Source of the DNA: Bacilli bacterium
Lineage (GTDB): Bacteria > Bacillota_I > Bacilli_A > RFN20 > CAG-288
Reading direction: 5' to 3'
Length of the DNA: 64,000 nt
Assembly (NCBI GenBank): GCA_017470005.1
Contig: JAFUFH010000037.1
Location: forward strand, 26,978 to 90,977
The translations under genes and the position numbers were made by a program. This document shows, piece after piece, positions 9,779 to 19,457 of this stretch; positions within the stretch are counted from its first letter, which is position 1, and every line of letters begins with the position of its first letter. The notes beneath the pieces are model-generated. The model did not search any database. It saw nothing but the letters and a program-made list of their open reading frames with translations, and was not told the DNA's origin.

Positions 9779-9798
9779 GAAATATCCTTCCAAATAAT

Positions 9799-10005
9799 CT
9801 ATTGTTCTTGAAGCGATTCTAATAATGTCTTCATTGGGATAGCAAACACTTCAGAAAAGTGATGAAGAGCATGTTCATCGGGTTTAGATTCCCCTCTTTC
9901 CCATCTTAAAACTTCTTCATCATCTACTCCAATATGGTCTGCTACATAACAAAAATCGACATGATAAGTAGAATAAACAGCTTTTAATATCGTGACAAAT
10001 GTCAT
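9799..10005 (-). CDS. Small XRE/Cro-like HTH protein
   Basis: 68 aa. ...VADHIGVDDEEVLRWERGESKPD... resembles an HTH_3 helix-turn-helix. ATGA overlap with the upstream membrane protein gene. Confidence 0.5.
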   Translation of the reverse strand: MTFVTILKAVYSTYHVDFCYVADHIGVDDEEVLRWERGESKPDEHALHHFSEVFAIPMKTLLESLQEQ

Positions 10006-10778
10006 TCGTTTTCCTCTTCAACAACAATGACTTCTTCTTTGCTTTCAGCACTCTCACTATTTTTGATTTTGCGAGGGTTCTTCTTGAGTTCAGAGATGTT
10101 GATAATTCTAACATCTTTTTCTTCTTCAACAGAGGTTGCCATTTCTTTTTCTTCGTTTTCTTTTCTTTCTTTTTCTTCCTTCAAATAACGATTAGTGTTA
10201 TGAAGCTTTACGAAGAAATTGGCCAAAGAAACAATACCAACAACTGTGATAGCGACACCGCAAATCAAGAGCATATATTTTTTCACATCATCGGTTCTAT
10301 TGTAGAAGAAATACAAATATAAAACACCTGCAGCAATCAAAAAGGCAGCAACAATAAAGGCTAAGACACCAAAGAGAACATTCTTTTCTTTTCCTAAAAT
10401 CTTATCTAAGCCATAAATGATAACGATAATGCTATAAACAAAAATAAACCCAGAAACAAATAAGGTGAAGATATCTAGTAAAACACTATGATTGACAAAC
10501 AAAACAATAGCAAAAGCAATTGAGAGAGTACCCGAAAATATATCTACATTCATTGGCGTTCTATATAAGGCATATCCAGAAAAGATATTTAATACACCAT
10601 AAACTGCAAAAATCACACCTACTGCAATAGATAACGCCGCTGCTACAATATCTTCATTATCCACTAATAAGGAAGTAATAATAAAAATAGCTCCTAAAAC
10701 AATTAAAACAGACGCTTGAATTCCTTTGATCCATTTGTAAACGTCAATGTTGCCAATCTTAATTTCTTTGTTTTCCAT
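10002..10778 (-). CDS. DUF308/HdeD-like multi-TM membrane protein with a Lys/Glu-rich C-terminal tail
   Basis: 258 aa. About 6 repeated TM hairpins with small-residue motifs, then KEEKERKENEEKE...EEENE. Confidence 0.5.
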   Translation of the reverse strand: MENKEIKIGNIDVYKWIKGIQASVLIVLGAIFIITSLLVDNEDIVAAALSIAVGVIFAVYGVLNIFSGYALYRTPMNVDIFSGTLSIAFAIVLFVNHSVLLDIFTLFVSGFIFVYSIIVIIYGLDKILGKEKNVLFGVLAFIVAAFLIAAGVLYLYFFYNRTDDVKKYMLLICGVAITVVGIVSLANFFVKLHNTNRYLKEEKERKENEEKEMATSVEEEKDVRIINISELKKNPRKIKNSESAESKEEVIVVEEENE

Positions 10779-10989
10779 GTTGTACCTCGGCTACAAACAA
10801 AAACATTATAAATGTTTTTTGTCTCGCGTGAAACACTATAGGTGCAAAAAATAACAAAATTGCTTTTTCCTTGTGCATAGATTCTAAAAAAGCAAAAAGT
10901 TTTTATTCAAAAGTGCACTTTTACTTTAATTCACACAAAAAATAAGATAAGATTATCAAGCAAAAAAAAGATTGATGAGAGGTGACCAG

Positions 10990-11445
10990 ATGAATCCGTT
11001 TATGAAATTAGCAATTGAAGAAGCAAAACAAGGAATCCAAAACCAACACGGTGGTCCTTTTGGTGCTGTTATTGTCAAAGATGGTAAAGTCGTCGGTAAA
11101 GGTCACAATCAAGTTATCAAAAATAATGACCCTACCTGTCACGGAGAGATTATGGCCATCAAAGATGCTTGTAAAACGCTAAACACATTCGATCTCTCTG
11201 GTTGTGAAATCTACACCACAGGTTATCCTTGCCCAATGTGCTTTGGTGCCATTCTTTGGGCAAATATTGGCAAAATCCACTATGGATGTGATGTCAACGA
11301 TACCGAAATCATCGGCTTCCGCGACAAAAAATTCTACGAAGAACAAGAAAACAACATCAAAAATCTCACGATTCAAGTAGATAGAGACGCTTGCTTAGCT
11401 CTCTATGAAGAGTACAAGAATATCACCGATAAAACACATTATTAA
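10990..11445 (+). CDS. guaD: Guanine deaminase (CDA-fold, B. subtilis GuaD type) or related nucleoside deaminase
   Basis: GGPFGAVIVKDG, NDPTCHGEI (the HxE motif) and PCPMCFGAILWA match the GuaD pattern as I recall it. AGGTGA precedes ATG 10990. Confidence 0.75.
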   Translation: MNPFMKLAIEEAKQGIQNQHGGPFGAVIVKDGKVVGKGHNQVIKNNDPTCHGEIMAIKDACKTLNTFDLSGCEIYTTGYPCPMCFGAILWANIGKIHYGCDVNDTEIIGFRDKKFYEEQENNIKNLTIQVDRDACLALYEEYKNITDKTHY

Positions 11446-11446
11446 T

Positions 11447-11467
11447 AGGAGTTTAACTCCTATTTTT
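11447..11467 (+). terminator. Intrinsic terminator after guaD
   Basis: AGGAG-TTTAA-CTCCT followed by ATTTTT. Confidence 0.55.
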
Positions 11468-11717
11468 CTTTGTGCTTCTGAAATAGAAACCTGTGTTTTC
11501 AAAATATAAGTTGTTAATTATCAAATCCATTCACTTTTTGTTCTCGTTTTCATAAAAAGTTTTCTTTTTTCTCTGATAACAACCGCTTATCGCCAAAGTA
11601 AAAGTTATTATTATTTATAATAATACTTTGTTGTTTTTTGATAACTCGAAGTGTATAATACCCCTACATGCGTTTTTTGTACGCATTTGATTCAATGTTA
11701 AGGAGGGTTTAAACCTT

Positions 11718-11855
11718 ATGAAACGTACTTATCAGCCCAGCAAAATTAAAAGAGCTCACACCTGTGGATTCAGAGCTAGAATGGCTACCAAAAGCGGAAG
11801 AAAAGTCTTAGCTAGAAGAAGAGCTAAGGGAAGAGTCAGATTGACTCAGGCTTAA
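11718..11855 (+). CDS. rpmH: 50S ribosomal protein L34
   Basis: Not in the ORF track. [51 protein letters not shown] lies upstream and an extended -10 TGTATAAT sits at about 11652. Confidence 0.9.
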   Translation: MKRTYQPSKIKRAHTCGFRARMATKSGRKVLARRRAKGRVRLTQA

Positions 11856-11874
11856 TCAAGATTGTTTTCGGCAA

Positions 11875-12228
11875 ATGAAAAAATCTTACCGATTGCTCAA
11901 GAGTCAGGATTTTAAATCCGTCTTGGACCAAAGACATTGTGCCGGAAAGAATTCATCCGTTTCGGTATTCTACGCTTCTAACGACGAGATGAAACATGCA
12001 CGTATCGGCGTTTCCGTATCTAGCAAGATTGGAAACGCGGTTACTCGTGTCAGAGTTAGAAGACAGCTTCGAGCGCAGATCAATCTCCTGAATGTGTTAG
12101 ATTTACCATTTGATGTTGTCATCATTGCTCATTCTGGCTATTTGGCCAAAACATTTGAGGAAAATACTGAAATCTTACGTAATTGCTTCAGCCATATCTG
12201 TGCTCCATCCAAAGGGGAACAAGCATGA
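11875..12228 (+). CDS. rnpA: Ribonuclease P protein component
   Basis: 117 aa, basic. RIGVSVSSKIGNAVTRVRVRRQLR. Follows rpmH. Confidence 0.85.
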   Translation: MKKSYRLLKSQDFKSVLDQRHCAGKNSSVSVFYASNDEMKHARIGVSVSSKIGNAVTRVRVRRQLRAQINLLNVLDLPFDVVIIAHSGYLAKTFEENTEILRNCFSHICAPSKGEQA

Positions 12229-13823
12229 GAACTAATACGAACAGATTTGTTAAACGGTGGATAGCTCCTATTGCGGGAACTATCGCTGTTTTAAGTTTGT
12301 CCGGTTGTACAAAAGCTTTCTGTACCAATCAGGACAAAGCGAACCAATTATTCGGCTATTACGGAAACCTTTATGCCAACCAAGTCGTTGACACCCAAAC
12401 CGTTTTAGATGACTCTACTACAGAACTTTCATACGATGCAAAGAAGTTAAACACCCATAGATCCACTTTGTTTTCTACATTAAGCGAAGAGAAAGGTCTT
12501 TCTTCTCCCGATGTCGCTTTCTTAGACTTCATGGATCAAAAAGCCAAGAAATTTGCAGAAGATAATGCATCTCTTTGGAAAACGGGTGGTGCTTTAGCTT
12601 CCTCCACTAGTAACGGCATCGCCAAAGAAATTGCTTGGCACGTCGGTATCTATGCGGGTATCAAGGAAGAAAATGGTAAAACCGTCGTCGGAAACCTTTG
12701 GCAAAACTTCGATGCTTGGTATGAAGAAGCCGTCTTAGATGATTCTGTCGGCATCTTAAAAGCACCTTCTGCTGGTTGGGTTGCCACGATGAAGAGTGTT
12801 ACCGCCACTGCCATCAACACCAATACCGCCTGTATCTCTCCTGAGAGCAAGACCTTCCAACAAGACGGTTCTTCTATCTACGTTGAAGGAAAAACTTGGG
12901 GTCAGGCATTCGCGGAATATGGTTTCTTGGAAGGATTATTCGTTTATCCTTTCGCCTATATCATCCACGCCATCTCTTCCGCCTTCTCTAACTATGAGTG
13001 GGCTCAAATCTTAGCCATCGTCGTAGTTACTTTGATGGCAAGAATCTTCACCGTCATCTCTTCTGTCTTCCAGTCTAAAACGCAAAGCAAACAAGCAAAG
13101 ATCCAACCTTTGCTCAATGAATTGCAAAAGAAATATCCTAACAACGCCACCGATAGAGAAGAAAAACAAGCGATGGCGATGGAACAAGCTAGAATCATGA
13201 AGAAAGCAAAGGTTCATCCTTTGTTACCGATGTTATTCATGATCATCCAATTCCCTCTCTTCATCTGTGTCTGGTCCGCTTTACAAGGATCTGCCGCACT
13301 TGCAGGTGGTAATTGGTTAGGACTCTCCCTGACAACGAAGGTCAGTGAGTGCTTCATGAATTATCCCAACACTCCTGGTGCGTTAACCGGTATCTTCATC
13401 TTTATCTTCATGACCATTGGTAACGTTCTCTCCTCCGCAACCAGCATGTTCTTCACTTCTTGGAGAACTAAGAACTTCGGTGGAGCTCAACCTACAAGAA
13501 CTGACGCCAACGGAAACGTCATGGATCCTAACAAAACTATGAAAACCATCTCCATTGTCATGATGGGATTTGTTGTCATCATGGGATGGAACTTACCCGC
13601 AGGTATGGGTATTTATTGGTTCTTAGGTGCCGTCATCTCTATCTTCCAAACTCTCTTGATGGAAATCTTCCAAACAAGAAACAGACATCGCCTTGCCGCT
13701 GAAACAGGTGATGGATCTACTTTAGCTGCTATCCGTAGAAGCAAACATCACGACAAAACCAAAGCAGAAGCAGATCGCAAAGGCAACAAGAAATCCAAAT
13801 CTGATAAGCCCTTATGGAGGTAA
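12225..13823 (+). CDS. yidC: Membrane protein insertase YidC, lipoprotein form with a long N-terminal extracytoplasmic domain
   Basis: ATGA overlap with rnpA. Lipobox LSGC-TK. The C-terminal 60-kDa-IMP core (FAYIIHAIS..., KVHPLLPMLFMIIQFPLFICVW, GMGIYWF) is followed by a basic tail. Confidence 0.85.
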   Translation: MRTNTNRFVKRWIAPIAGTIAVLSLSGCTKAFCTNQDKANQLFGYYGNLYANQVVDTQTVLDDSTTELSYDAKKLNTHRSTLFSTLSEEKGLSSPDVAFLDFMDQKAKKFAEDNASLWKTGGALASSTSNGIAKEIAWHVGIYAGIKEENGKTVVGNLWQNFDAWYEEAVLDDSVGILKAPSAGWVATMKSVTATAINTNTACISPESKTFQQDGSSIYVEGKTWGQAFAEYGFLEGLFVYPFAYIIHAISSAFSNYEWAQILAIVVVTLMARIFTVISSVFQSKTQSKQAKIQPLLNELQKKYPNNATDREEKQAMAMEQARIMKKAKVHPLLPMLFMIIQFPLFICVWSALQGSAALAGGNWLGLSLTTKVSECFMNYPNTPGALTGIFIFIFMTIGNVLSSATSMFFTSWRTKNFGGAQPTRTDANGNVMDPNKTMKTISIVMMGFVVIMGWNLPAGMGIYWFLGAVISIFQTLLMEIFQTRNRHRLAAETGDGSTLAAIRRSKHHDKTKAEADRKGNKKSKSDKPLWR

Positions 13824-13829
13824 CGACTC

Positions 13830-14459
13830 ATGAATAAATACGAAGGAAAATCCGAACAAGAAGCCGTAAAGAAAGCTTGCGCTGACCTCGGTGTCGATGC
13901 TAGCAATCTCAATTACCAAGTCATTTCTGTCAAAGAGAACCTCTTTGGCAAAACTGTCGTCATCGGTATCTATTCCATCAATGATGTCATTGTTTTTGCA
14001 GATGATTACATCAAACGTTGTCTTCACGCTCTTGGTTTAGATGGTAACACCCGTGCCAAGTATGAAGATGGTGTCATCAAATTAGATATTGTCACCAACA
14101 GAAACAAGAATGTCATCGGAAGAAACGGAGACACTCTCCGCTCCATCAACGAATTGACTCGCTCTGCTTGCTTCAATCGTTTCGGTGGACATTACCGCAT
14201 CCTTCTCAACTGCGACGGCTACAAAGAAGTAAAATATTCTAAGTATGCTGCTATCGCTAGAAAGTATGCAAACGAAGTCAGAAGAACTCATGTCACTGCT
14301 ATCTTAGATCCTATGACTAGCGATGAAAGAAGAATCATCCATCAAGCATTGACTGGATATCCTAACATCAGAACTCAGTCTTTAGGCGCTGGACATCAAA
14401 GACATGTCACCATCCAATATGTTCCGGATGGAAGCAAGATCTCTTCTAACGAAGACTAA
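13830..14459 (+). CDS. jag: Jag/KhpB RNA-binding protein (Jag_N, KH, R3H)
   Basis: KH-like GRNGDTLRSINELT and R3H-like DERRIIHQALT. Conserved position after yidC. Confidence 0.85.
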   Translation: MNKYEGKSEQEAVKKACADLGVDASNLNYQVISVKENLFGKTVVIGIYSINDVIVFADDYIKRCLHALGLDGNTRAKYEDGVIKLDIVTNRNKNVIGRNGDTLRSINELTRSACFNRFGGHYRILLNCDGYKEVKYSKYAAIARKYANEVRRTHVTAILDPMTSDERRIIHQALTGYPNIRTQSLGAGHQRHVTIQYVPDGSKISSNED

Positions 14460-14518
14460 AGAAAGCTCAAAATTGGATTCAGGGGGAGGAAACTCCTCTT
14501 TTTCTTTTTTTAAGCATC

Positions 14519-14560
14519 AAAAAAGGTTTCTAAGGAGAAGTATATTCTCTTTTAGAAACC
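14519..14560 (-). terminator. Intrinsic terminator after plsX
   Basis: Minus strand GGTTTCTAA-18 nt-TTAGAAACC followed by TTTTTTGA. Confidence 0.7.
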
Positions 14561-14568
14561 TATTTCTA

Positions 14569-15558
14569 TTATTCTTGATTTTGGCTTTGGATACCCTTGG
14601 AGATCTTTTCGATGAAATGATTTTCGGAAAGAGCAACGATATCGGAAACAATAGAAGCAACAGATTTGGCGTTAGCGGCACCGTGAGCTTTATAAACGAT
14701 TTTCTTTGTACCTAAGATAATCGCGCCACCCTGCTCTGTATATCCAAATAAGGAATAGATAGTATCAGAGATCTTTTTGACATTGGGATCGTTGACATCG
14801 TTCATTTTTGCGATACCTCTACAGATCATACCAACGGCTTCCGCATTCTTTAATAAAACATTGCCAGAGAAACCATCCGCTACGATGACATCACACTTTC
14901 CTAAGAAAGGATCACATCCTTCGATATTACCGATGAAGTTAAGATCGCTATTCTTCAATAATTCGAAGGTTTCTTTTCTTAATTTATCTCCCTTAGTATC
15001 TTCTGTCCCCACATTGAGGAGGCCGACTCTAGGATTATCTTTATTGAGGTAGGCGCTCATAAGAGCGGAACCTAATTGAGCAAATTGAACGAGCTTTTCG
15101 CTTGTAGCGTCCACATTGGCACCACAATCCACTAAGCAAATACGATTGAATTTATAATCATAAAGAAGTCCAGCTAACGCAGGGTGCATCACGCCTTCCA
15201 CTAAACCTAATCGACGGATGGCGGAGACAAAGACCATGCCAGTAGGACCGGCGGTGACAAGACCAACGGTATCTTCGTCTTGGTTTAAAGATTCAAAGGA
15301 AGAGAAAATAGAGCATCTATCTTTAAAACGAAGCAAAGACATGGGATCATGAATGGATTCAGGAAGTGCAGGAGAATCAATGATTTCATAATCTTCTTTC
15401 TTTTCCCCACGCTCTTCTAAAACTTTCTCAATGATGGATTGGGTTCCTACCACAACCATTTTATAATTAGGATGTTCTCTTCTGGCTTGAATCGCCCCAA
15501 GAATCATCTCTTCTTCGCCTCTGTCAGACAACTGCGTATCGATTACAATCTTCTTCAT
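14569..15558 (-). CDS. plsX: Phosphate acyltransferase PlsX
   Basis: 329 aa. VDCGAN, FIGNIEG and GDVIVADGFSGN-type motifs. Confidence 0.9.
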   Translation of the reverse strand: MKKIVIDTQLSDRGEEEMILGAIQARREHPNYKMVVVGTQSIIEKVLEERGEKKEDYEIIDSPALPESIHDPMSLLRFKDRCSIFSSFESLNQDEDTVGLVTAGPTGMVFVSAIRRLGLVEGVMHPALAGLLYDYKFNRICLVDCGANVDATSEKLVQFAQLGSALMSAYLNKDNPRVGLLNVGTEDTKGDKLRKETFELLKNSDLNFIGNIEGCDPFLGKCDVIVADGFSGNVLLKNAEAVGMICRGIAKMNDVNDPNVKKISDTIYSLFGYTEQGGAIILGTKKIVYKAHGAANAKSVASIVSDIVALSENHFIEKISKGIQSQNQE

Positions 15559-15737
15559 ATAAATACCTCTTATGCGCTTGAATAGGATACTTTATTTACT
15601 ATTTTTTTTCAAGAAGACAGGGAATAAAGATATGTAAAAGTAATATAAATTATTAATTTATATATATACTAATACTTCCCTTTTTCCCTTGATAAAATGA
15701 AGGAGTTGTTTGAGTATTTTTCACAAACAAAAAAACA

Positions 15738-15775
15738 AAAGTAAAGAAATGGCGCCATATTTCTATGACGCCATT
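15738..15775 (-). terminator. Hairpin/terminator after fakA
   Basis: Minus strand AATGGCG-14 nt-CGCCATT followed by TCTTTACTTT. Confidence 0.5.
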
Positions 15776-15796
15776 TTATTTTCTAAAATCTAAGTT

Positions 15797-17446
15797 TTAG
15801 TTGATGCCGATCAAGAGATCGTACACATCCTGTTTTCCGTCGTAAGCAGCGACTTCTAAACGAGGATATTTGGCTTGAATTTGATTGACAAGAGCATCTG
15901 CTTGTTCAGCAGAAACCGTCTGTCCATAGAAGAAGAATAAGGCTTCTTTATTTTCAATATCTTCAACATTGGCTAAAAGATTATCCACAGCTTCTTCTAA
16001 AGTCTTGTTACAACCAACAAGAGAGTTGTTCACGCCTTCGATATAATCGCCTTTGATGCATTTGACACCATTGACAGAAGTATCACGGCTAGATTTGCAG
16101 ATGAATCCAGAGACCAACCAATCGTTGATTTCTTCCATGGAATCATAGCATTCATCCGCGGTTTCTTCATCACCAACGATCATACCTAAACAAGCATAAC
16201 CAGCAGGGATAGTCTTGGTTTCTAAGACTCTGACGTGACTATCCTTATATAAGTCGGCAGCTTGACGAGCGGCCATAAGGATATTGGATTCATCAGGAAG
16301 AACGATGATTTCATCGGCGTTAGCTTCTTTGAAAGCATCGATGAGTTCTGCGGAAGAAGTATTCATGGTTTGTCCGCCATTGATGACAATATCACTTCCT
16401 AAATCTTTGAACATTTGGATGATACCATCGCCTTGAGCGATAGAGACAACCGCATATTTCTTTCTTGTCTTTTTCTTTTCTTCTTTCTTGGCTAAAACTT
16501 CATTGTGTTGCAAAGCCATATTCTCCATCTTGAAAGAGACAAATTCACCGTATCTTTGAGCGAATTCGATGATTTCATAAGGCTTCTTGGTATGGATGTG
16601 AACTTTCACAATCGTACCATTTTGGAAACAGACAATAGAATTTCCGTGATCAGAAAGATATTGGATGAATTCTTGTAAATTGAATGCGGCAACATCGATC
16701 TTAGAAGTCATCAACTGAAGAAGGAATTCGGTGCAGTATCCGTAATCTAAGACAGAGTTTTCATTGAAGAGAGAGTAATCCACAGAAGGAAGAGCAGAGG
16801 CGGATTCATGGAATTCTTCGCCACCGATTTCTTCACCAGTGAAGAACTTTAAAAAGCCTTCAAAGATAGTGAGTAAACCTTTACCACCGCTATCCACAAC
16901 TCCACTTTCTTTCAAGATAGGAAGTAAGTTAGGAGTGTTATCCAAACTGACTTTCATCGCTTGAACTACCATGGAGAAGAAAGAAGTATAGGTGATATTT
17001 TCGTAATCGATTGTATTACGAATGGTTTCAATACCTTCTCTAGCGACAGTGAGGATGGTTCCCTCAGCAGGATCGGCAACCGCACGATATGCAACTTTGT
17101 ATGCTTCCACCATTGCCATGACAAAATCAAAGACAGTGGCTTCTTCTTTTCCCTCTAATCCTTTGGCTAAACCATTGAAATAACGGGAAGAGAGAACGCC
17201 AGAATTACCTCTAGCGCCAAACAACATACCCTTAGCTAAATCTTGGGCAATCGAAGAGATAGATTCGCTCTCTTTGATTTGCTTCAAACCATTCGCCATG
17301 GTCAACTTCATATTTGTACCTGTATCACCATCGGGAACAGGGAAAACATTCAAATCGTTGATGTCCTGAAAATGAGCGGATAAGTTTTGAAAACCAGCTT
17401 GTAAAATTTGATTGAATAAGGTGCCGTTAATTACTTTGCAATCCAT
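15797..17446 (-). CDS. fakA: DAK2-domain protein YloV / fatty acid kinase subunit FakA
   Basis: 549 aa. N-terminal Dak2 motif (PDGDTGTNM) with the YloV-type C-terminal half. Lies 2 nt downstream of the DegV gene. Confidence 0.85.
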   Translation of the reverse strand: MDCKVINGTLFNQILQAGFQNLSAHFQDINDLNVFPVPDGDTGTNMKLTMANGLKQIKESESISSIAQDLAKGMLFGARGNSGVLSSRYFNGLAKGLEGKEEATVFDFVMAMVEAYKVAYRAVADPAEGTILTVAREGIETIRNTIDYENITYTSFFSMVVQAMKVSLDNTPNLLPILKESGVVDSGGKGLLTIFEGFLKFFTGEEIGGEEFHESASALPSVDYSLFNENSVLDYGYCTEFLLQLMTSKIDVAAFNLQEFIQYLSDHGNSIVCFQNGTIVKVHIHTKKPYEIIEFAQRYGEFVSFKMENMALQHNEVLAKKEEKKKTRKKYAVVSIAQGDGIIQMFKDLGSDIVINGGQTMNTSSAELIDAFKEANADEIIVLPDESNILMAARQAADLYKDSHVRVLETKTIPAGYACLGMIVGDEETADECYDSMEEINDWLVSGFICKSSRDTSVNGVKCIKGDYIEGVNNSLVGCNKTLEEAVDNLLANVEDIENKEALFFFYGQTVSAEQADALVNQIQAKYPRLEVAAYDGKQDVYDLLIGIN

Positions 17447-17448
17447 CG

Positions 17449-18336
17449 TTATTCGCCTACGACAGTCACTTCTTCACCATAGTGCATAGCCATGACGGTT
17501 TCAGGTCCGCAGGAAGCACCAAGGATAGGTCCAAGGTGAGAAATGAAAACCTCTTTGAAGTGAATCTTTTCAGCAATCATATCTGCAATCTTTTGAGCAT
17601 CTTCGGGGCAGTCGGCATGAGTGATGGCAAGATAGTTGTGCTCAGGATCGATAGCAGTTCTGATGACAGAATCAGCGATCTCTTGTAAAGCGGCTTGTCT
17701 ACCTCTAACTTTCTTGAGGGCGATGTTGTGGCCGTGAGCATCGGAGATCAAAATAGGTTTGATACCGATGATGTTACCAAAGAAGGCAGCACCAGCTTTG
17801 ACTCTACCAGCATTCTTTAAATAAGTGAGGGAGCCAACAGTAGCCCATTCGTTGAATTTTAATTTTTCTTTTTCAATCCAAGCAGCGATTTCATCGACGC
17901 TCTTTCCTTCGTCTCTCATCTCAGCGGCTTTGATACCGATAAGACCTTGAGCCATACCAGAAGTGAGAGGATCGACAACAATGATCTTGCTGCCAGGTCT
18001 CTTCTGCATGATTTCTTCAGCAACCTTAGCGCCTAATTTAACAGAAGCAGAAAGTCCGGAAGAACATCCGATGTAAAGGATGTCATTTCCCATATCGAGA
18101 TATTTATTGAAAGCTTCCACGAAGGCATCTTCCTTAACCTGAATGGTGTAAGGTCTCTTCTTAGCTCTCATGAGATCATAGAACTCTTTAGAAGAAAGTC
18201 CTTCCCAAGCTAAATCGGCATCATACTCTTTGTCATCAATAGAGACACCCATCTTGACATAAGTGATGTTGAATCTAGTTAATAATTCAGGGCTCATGTC
18301 ACAAGTGGAGTCCAAAATAATAGTAATATTTTTCAT
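17449..18336 (-). CDS. fakB: DegV-family fatty-acid-binding protein (FakB)
   Basis: 295 aa. IILDSTCD..., SSGLSAS and GPETVMA motifs typical of DegV. Confidence 0.85.
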   Translation of the reverse strand: MKNITIILDSTCDMSPELLTRFNITYVKMGVSIDDKEYDADLAWEGLSSKEFYDLMRAKKRPYTIQVKEDAFVEAFNKYLDMGNDILYIGCSSGLSASVKLGAKVAEEIMQKRPGSKIIVVDPLTSGMAQGLIGIKAAEMRDEGKSVDEIAAWIEKEKLKFNEWATVGSLTYLKNAGRVKAGAAFFGNIIGIKPILISDAHGHNIALKKVRGRQAALQEIADSVIRTAIDPEHNYLAITHADCPEDAQKIADMIAEKIHFKEVFISHLGPILGASCGPETVMAMHYGEEVTVVGE

Positions 18337-18372
18337 ACTATCTCCTTTTTCTACGTTTCACACGCGTAATTA

Positions 18373-18396
18373 TTATATTAAATACATTTAATATAA
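18373..18396. promoter_or_regulatory. 24-bp inverted repeat (11-bp perfect arms) in the fakB-fakA promoter region; candidate operator
   Basis: TTATATTAAAT-AC-ATTTAATATAA, 37-60 nt upstream of the degV ATG. Overlaps a minus-strand TATAAT. Confidence 0.4.
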
Positions 18397-18503
18397 CCTA
18401 TAATTATTTTTTTAAACAAAAATGCTATATTCTTAAAAACGCCGATAACTACGGGAGTTTTGAAGAAAAATGTTAAAAATAAATATATGTTTTTGTATAC
18501 TTT

Positions 18504-19454
18504 ATGCTATACTTTACAGGTATGATTATCAACGATTTGGATTATCTTAAAGAACGTGAAGCGGTTATCCAAAAGCTCACGTTCCAGCAGTTTGTCTCCA
18601 AGATGGTCGGTCTTGGTTACAAACTGAAATATAACAGAAGCATCTATAGTCAATTCCCTTTCAAAAACAAGAAGGGAAAATTTAATCTATACGCCTATAT
18701 GCTTTCCGATCAAAATCCATTCACATTAACTATCAACCAATACGAAGGTAAAAATAAAGCAGTTCTATTAAAATACACTTCTTACAAAGGTTCTTGTTTA
18801 CTCAATATCATGGAGCAGTGCTATTACTACATTTCCATGTTAGACGAGATCAAAATAGAACGATTCGAAAGTGGAAAAAGAGAAAGACCTCTATTCGATA
18901 AAGACATCGCAAGACAAGTCATGATTCAAGCCTTTCTTCACACAAGATGGTTTGAACTTCTCCCTCCTGCCATTTCTCTCTTTGATGATCGCTTAGAAAT
19001 CGAGTTTTATTGTGGCATCTTTGGAAACAGCCTTGCTCAAGTTCAAAACGGAAATATCAACCCAATTGATAATTTCTTAGAATCCTTGGTTTCATTAGCA
19101 AACTTAGACAAGGAAAGTGATATCGGAATGCAAGCTCTCATCAACAAATACGGAAAGAACTCCATCACTTTTGAAAACGGAAAAGTCATCGCCCGTGTTC
19201 CTTTTGCTTTTGAAACTACCCTCACTAGATTCCGTAAAGCTCGCTACGAACACCTCCTTCTCAATGACGCCCAAAAGAGCGTGCTAAGATACATATATGA
19301 CAATCCGCAAGCCACCGCAAAAGAAATTGCACAGAATTTGAGTTTTTCAGAGATTTATGTAAAGAAAATCTTTGTGTATTTAAAAGAGATTGGATATTTA
19401 GAACGCGGAGGTTCTAAGAAGAAAGGCTTTTGGAAAATCAACAATTTAAGTTAG
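18504..19454 (+). CDS. Putative transcriptional regulator: RecG-C-terminal-like (HATPase_c_4-like) domain plus C-terminal winged HTH
   Basis: DKDIARQVMIQAFLHTRWFE...ISLFDDRLEIEF pattern, then VLRYIYDNPQATAKEIAQNLSFSEIYVKKIFVYLKEIGYLER. The start could be ATG 18522. Confidence 0.5.
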   Translation: MLYFTGMIINDLDYLKEREAVIQKLTFQQFVSKMVGLGYKLKYNRSIYSQFPFKNKKGKFNLYAYMLSDQNPFTLTINQYEGKNKAVLLKYTSYKGSCLLNIMEQCYYYISMLDEIKIERFESGKRERPLFDKDIARQVMIQAFLHTRWFELLPPAISLFDDRLEIEFYCGIFGNSLAQVQNGNINPIDNFLESLVSLANLDKESDIGMQALINKYGKNSITFENGKVIARVPFAFETTLTRFRKARYEHLLLNDAQKSVLRYIYDNPQATAKEIAQNLSFSEIYVKKIFVYLKEIGYLERGGSKKKGFWKINNLS

Positions 19455-19457
19455 TTT

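Noticed and set aside
11446-11717. oriC / DnaA-box cluster next to rpmH.
   Set aside because: Only weak matches to TTATCCACA are present (for example TTATCGCCA and TTATCAAAT). There is no cluster of good boxes and no obvious AT-rich unwinding repeats beyond the background AT-richness. dnaN/dnaA lie at the other end of the window.
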